The notes under the pieces were generated by a model. That model was not told where the DNA came from. It was given only the letters and a program-made list of their open reading frames with translations, and ran no database searches. The position numbers and the translations under genes were made by a program. A stretch of DNA of 64,000 bases, from positions 6,156-70,155 of the forward strand of contig JBHORE010000003.1 of NCBI GenBank assembly GCA_042408415.1, written 5' to 3'. This document shows positions 60,149 to 64,000 of the stretch, one piece after another. The DNA comes from Thermobaculum sp. Lineage in GTDB: Bacteria; Chloroflexota; Chloroflexia; Thermobaculales; Thermobaculaceae. Each line of letters opens with the position of its first letter. Within the stretch, counting starts at the first letter, position 1.

Positions 60149-61003
60149 CTAACTCAAAGCTTGCTGGAATTTGGTGAGCTCCTCAGGGCTTAATGAATAG
60201 GAGTGCTCCTCGTCAGGGAACTTTCTACTCTTTACATCCTCTTTGTACATACAGAAGCCCTTAAGTATATGCTCGGATAGGTCAACGTATCGTTTGGCAA
60301 ACTTAGGTAGTGATCTTTGACTCAAGCCAAATATATCATGGAAGACCAACACTTGGCCGTCGCAATAAGGACCAGCACCAATGCCTATGGTAGGTATCTC
60401 CAAGCGCTCTGTGATAGCCTTGGCCACCGGCGCAGGTACAGCCTCGAGAACAAGAGCGAATATGCCTGCATCCTGTAGAGCCAGGGCCTCATTCAAGAGC
60501 CTCAAGGCAGAGCCAGAATCTCTCCCTTGTACCCTGTAACCTCCGAGCAACGAGAATGACTGAGGAGTAAGGCCTATATGCCCCATTACTGGTATGCCCG
60601 CAGCTACTATGGCCTTAATCCTTGAAAGCACTGCCGTGCCGCCCTCGAGCTTTACTGCATCGACTTCAGCATCCCTCATAAAGGCACCAGCATTCAAAAC
60701 CGCATCTCTATCAGAGGGCTGATAGGACATGTATGGCATGTCGCCCACAATAAGAGCCCTTTCAGTTGCCTTCGAAACAGCTCTAGAATGGCTTATCATC
60801 TCGTCCATGCTTACTTGTAAGGTATGTTCGTACCCAAGGACATTGTTAGCAATGGAATCGCCTACTAATATGACATCTATACCTGCCCTATCAGCCAGTA
60901 GGGCGGTTGGATAGTCATACGCAGTCACCATTACTATGGGTTCATCTTTTTGCTTCAAACGTATCAGGTCCCGAATGGTAACTTTATGAAGGGTAGATGA
61001 CAT
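60149..61003 (-). CDS. panB: 3-methyl-2-oxobutanoate hydroxymethyltransferase
   Basis: MVTAYD, ILVGDS, DMPYMSY, VKLEGG, GHIGLTPQ, IGIGAG..CDGQVLV; start 61003 or 61006 after GGAGG. Confidence 0.96.
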   Translation of the reverse strand: MSSTLHKVTIRDLIRLKQKDEPIVMVTAYDYPTALLADRAGIDVILVGDSIANNVLGYEHTLQVSMDEMISHSRAVSKATERALIVGDMPYMSYQPSDRDAVLNAGAFMRDAEVDAVKLEGGTAVLSRIKAIVAAGIPVMGHIGLTPQSFSLLGGYRVQGRDSGSALRLLNEALALQDAGIFALVLEAVPAPVAKAITERLEIPTIGIGAGPYCDGQVLVFHDIFGLSQRSLPKFAKRYVDLSEHILKGFCMYKEDVKSRKFPDEEHSYSLSPEELTKFQQALS

Positions 61004-61134
61004 CACCTGTTCCTCCCAAAGTAGTACCTGCCATAAAATGGTCAAGTCCAGTTGCAATGTATCAAGTAAGGAACTAAGTGTAAAGGAATGAAGTGCTTGG
61101 AAATTATCTAAGTGCTATACGATATAATTACTCG

Positions 61135-62250
61135 ATGAACATGCATCCGGCACTCAGTATCGCCAAAAGGAAAAATCACAAGCCAGCTAAATCCTTGCTT
61201 GATCTTTCCTTACAGGAACTGCGTGAATGGATCAGGCTGAGGGGTTATCCAGAATACAGAGCGGTTCAGGTATGGCAGGCCCTCTATAGGCAGTTAGAAA
61301 TCGATCCAGAGAAAATGACCAGCCTGCCAAAGGCCCTTAGAGAGGAGCTAAGCGCAGAGTTCCCATTCCCTAACATCACTCCCATTAGGACGTTTGTAGC
61401 TGATGGAGGTGATACCGAGAAAGTTCTGTTCCGTCTTGAGGATGGTAACGCTATTGAAAGTGTTCTAATGGAATATATGGATGGTAGGGCTACAGTCTGC
61501 GTAAGCTCACAAGCAGGATGCGCTATTGGCTGCACATTCTGTGCTACTGGCTTAGGAGGTTTCTACAGAAACCTCTCAGCAGGCGAAATAGTATATCAAA
61601 TCCTGTACTTCTCGAAGAGGCTTCGTGATAAAGGTAGGAAGCTCACAAATATTGTGTACATGGGTATGGGCGAGCCCTTGGCTAACCTAGATGCTGTCTG
61701 GCGATCTGTAGAGAACTTGCATGAACCCACCGGCATGAACTTTAGCGCACGCAGGATCACTATATCCACTGCGGGCTTAGTTCATCAGATAGATAGATTT
61801 CCACCAACAGATCTTCAGGTGAACCTAGCTATATCGCTCCATGCACCTAATGATGATCTACGCACAAGTATCATGCCTATCAATCGCAGGTGGCCCATCT
61901 CAGAGTTGATAGCCTCTGCAAAAAGATATGTCGCAAGAACTCATAGGAGAATCACCTTTGAATACGTACTCATAGCTGGCTGTAACAGCTCCAAAGAACA
62001 AGCGAGAGATCTATCGAACCTGTTACGAGGATTGCTCTGCCACGTGAACCTGATCCCTCTCAATAGAGTACCCGGGAGTCCTTTCGAGCCTCCTTCAACT
62101 GAGGAAGTAAATGCTTTCAGAGACATACTACTAAGCGCGGGAATACCCTGCACAGTAAGACTGGAAAGGGGAGCGGACATTCTGGCAGCATGCGGTCAAC
62201 TAAGAATGGAGCACTCACTTTATGACACAGCTATACCTAGACACATATAG
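61135..62250 (+). CDS. rlmN: Dual-specificity RNA methyltransferase RlmN
   Basis: [34 protein letters not shown]; probable start ATG 61135. Confidence 0.95.
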   Translation: MNMHPALSIAKRKNHKPAKSLLDLSLQELREWIRLRGYPEYRAVQVWQALYRQLEIDPEKMTSLPKALREELSAEFPFPNITPIRTFVADGGDTEKVLFRLEDGNAIESVLMEYMDGRATVCVSSQAGCAIGCTFCATGLGGFYRNLSAGEIVYQILYFSKRLRDKGRKLTNIVYMGMGEPLANLDAVWRSVENLHEPTGMNFSARRITISTAGLVHQIDRFPPTDLQVNLAISLHAPNDDLRTSIMPINRRWPISELIASAKRYVARTHRRITFEYVLIAGCNSSKEQARDLSNLLRGLLCHVNLIPLNRVPGSPFEPPSTEEVNAFRDILLSAGIPCTVRLERGADILAACGQLRMEHSLYDTAIPRHI

Positions 62251-63436
62251 CGGCATTAGCGGAGATATGTTTCTTGGAGCACTGTTAGATCTAGGTGCCG
62301 ACGCAAATGCCTTGAATGAGCAACTTCAATCTCTGGATATAGGTAACTGGAACCTAAAGATAGAGAAGACAACACAATCAGGCATAAGCGGAACTAAGAT
62401 AGAAGTTGAGTATTCAGAGCAGCACATCCATAGAAACCTTCAAGACATAGTCCAGATAATTACAAAATCTAAGCTTCCTGACAGCGTCAAGAATAAAGCC
62501 ATAGACATCTTTCACCTAATCGCTCAGTCTGAAGCCAAAGTACACGGCACATCGGTGGATGAAATACACTTCCACGAAGTTGGAGCTGTAGACTCGATAA
62601 TAGACGTAGTAGGCACATGCTTGGCGCTGCATCTTCTAGAGATAGATCAGATTTACTGTTCAAGCTTACCTTTGGGAGATGGTTTCGTATCTACAAGTCA
62701 TGGAAAGCTACCGGTGCCTGCGCCTGCCACTTTGGAAATCCTCAGTACGTGTGATGCCAGAGTTACATTCAGTAGGGGCTCTGGCGAGATGGTAACCCCT
62801 ACAGGAGCAGCCCTTGTAGCCAAGCTGGCTCATTTTGATATACCGACTGCTGCCAAGATTCGTAAAATAGGGTACGGATTTGGCTCACGTCATCTCCCTT
62901 GGCCCAATGCATTGAGAGCTATACTGCTCGAAAAGGATGAACCTTCATCAGCACTTAACACCTACGACGTAGACGAAGTAGTCATGATAGAGACAAATAT
63001 TGATGACCTATCCCCTGAATTGACTTCTTATATGCAATCGAAACTACTTCGTAGTGGGGCTCTGGACGTTTGGATCTCTCCGGTCATTATGAAGAAAGGT
63101 AGATATGGACATGTGATAAGCGTCCTAACGCTAGAAGAAAATGCATTAGAGATTACGGATTTGCTTCTGAGAGAGACTACAACTCTTGGCGTAAGGGAGA
63201 GCCGTCTTAAAAGAGTAAAAGCTCGCAGAGAGATAAGGGAGATAGATACCAAATTGGGCAAAATCAGATTAAAGTTGAAGCTGATAGATGGCAAAGTACA
63301 TCAAGTTAAGCCTGAGTACGAAGACTGTGTGTCATTAGCTCAAAAGCATGACATGCCTATAGATCAGGTCTACGATTTAGCTAACGTGGAAGCAAGAAAA
63401 ATTATAGGGAGGGAGATTGATAATTTATGCCTCTAG
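62222..63436 (+). CDS. larC: Nickel pincer cofactor biosynthesis protein LarC
   Basis: [65 protein letters not shown]. Confidence 0.93.
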   Translation: MTQLYLDTYSGISGDMFLGALLDLGADANALNEQLQSLDIGNWNLKIEKTTQSGISGTKIEVEYSEQHIHRNLQDIVQIITKSKLPDSVKNKAIDIFHLIAQSEAKVHGTSVDEIHFHEVGAVDSIIDVVGTCLALHLLEIDQIYCSSLPLGDGFVSTSHGKLPVPAPATLEILSTCDARVTFSRGSGEMVTPTGAALVAKLAHFDIPTAAKIRKIGYGFGSRHLPWPNALRAILLEKDEPSSALNTYDVDEVVMIETNIDDLSPELTSYMQSKLLRSGALDVWISPVIMKKGRYGHVISVLTLEENALEITDLLLRETTTLGVRESRLKRVKARREIREIDTKLGKIRLKLKLIDGKVHQVKPEYEDCVSLAQKHDMPIDQVYDLANVEARKIIGREIDNLCL

Positions 63437-63885
63437 TTTCTGTGTTAATGGGTAGCGAATCAGATAGATCTTATATGCAGGAAACAATGGATACTCTCGA
63501 ACAGATGGGGATAGAAGGAGAGCTTAAGGTAATATCTGCTCATCGACAGCCCAATAAGCTCAGGGAATACGTATCACAGGCAACAGCAAATGGTATAGAG
63601 CTGTTTATAGCAGGAGCTGGTGCAGCTGCACACCTGCCAGGAGTTATAGCTTCCCTTACAACAAAACCCGTTATAGGAGTCCCTCTGCCCACAAGCGACC
63701 TAAAAGGTCAAGACTCCCTCTACGCTATAGTCCAGATGCCTGCAGGCGTACCAGTAGCCACTGTGGCAATAGGAAAGGCGGGCGCCAGAAATGCGGCTTA
63801 CCTGGCAGCACAAATCCTCGGAATCAAGTACCCTGAAATAGCTGAGAAATATAACGAGTACAGAAGACAGCTAGCTGAAAGATAG
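63427..63885 (+). CDS. purE: N5-CAIR mutase
   Basis: MGSESD, SAHR, AGAGAAAHLPG, PVIGVP, IVQMPAGVPVATV. Confidence 0.94.
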   Translation: MPLVSVLMGSESDRSYMQETMDTLEQMGIEGELKVISAHRQPNKLREYVSQATANGIELFIAGAGAAAHLPGVIASLTTKPVIGVPLPTSDLKGQDSLYAIVQMPAGVPVATVAIGKAGARNAAYLAAQILGIKYPEIAEKYNEYRRQLAER

Positions 63886-63910
63886 GCTATTATCGTCAAC
63901 CGTAGAAGGG

Positions 63911-63948
63911 TTGGGAGGGATCCTTAGATCCCTCCCAATTTCTATTTT
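63911..63948 (+). terminator. Intrinsic terminator after purE
   Basis: TTGGGAGGGATC-CTTA-GATCCCTCCCAA then TTTCTATTTT. Confidence 0.85.
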
Positions 63949-64000
63949 CTACAATGCTAATGTATTAGTGCTTGAAGTGGCGGGTACCTGTAAAGACCAT

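Noticed and set aside
14-63294. Many 60-190 aa antisense or alternative-frame ORFs in the ORF track (e.g. 4430-4990, 17023-17595, 44911-45378, 56499-57008)
   Set aside because: They lie inside well-supported genes, have typical shadow-ORF composition and show no motifs or SD.
63427-63885. ORF as larB
   Set aside because: It has canonical PurE motifs and length and lacks the LarB N-terminal domain.
1-64000. CRISPR arrays, tRNA/rRNA genes, IS elements, prophage
   Set aside because: No spaced repeats, cloverleafs, transposases or integrases were seen, and nearly all sequence is accounted for by CDSs.

Overview
A gene-dense, roughly 48% GC stretch of core bacterial chromosome. Gene content and protein character suggest a thermophilic monoderm of the Chloroflexota (Thermobaculum/Thermomicrobia-like); this is an inference, not a database result. 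It holds about 52 CDSs: mfd (5'-truncated), mutS2, an orphan gcvPB, fabF, holB, hemW, pepA, a PyrR-attenuated pyr operon (pyrR-uraA-pyrB-pyrC-carA-carB-cax-pyrE), rodA/PBP, clpS, mutS, ndk, selB, dnaX-ybaB, a PucR-family regulator followed by two different glutamine synthetases, a PHP-AlbA_2 fusion, lon, a tagA/rfaE1/rfaE2/rocB/moaC cluster, clpC, an archaeal-type ATP-dependent DNA ligase, panB, rlmN, larC and purE. I saw no rRNA, tRNA, CRISPR array or mobile element. Most notable: (1) a predicted PucR/CdaR-type regulon readable from the DNA, with TTGTGCA-N3-TGCACAA operators at the regulator's own promoter and paired 32-33 bp apart before both glnA genes; (2) a PHP + degenerate AlbA_2/Schlafen + duplicated unassigned C-terminal module protein; (3) a YaaT/RicT homolog that has lost its Fe-S cysteine segment; (4) a GIY-YIG nuclease fused to a catalytically dead DEDDh domain; (5) a PyrR attenuator whose hairpin also sequesters the SD; (6) several probably leaderless genes.
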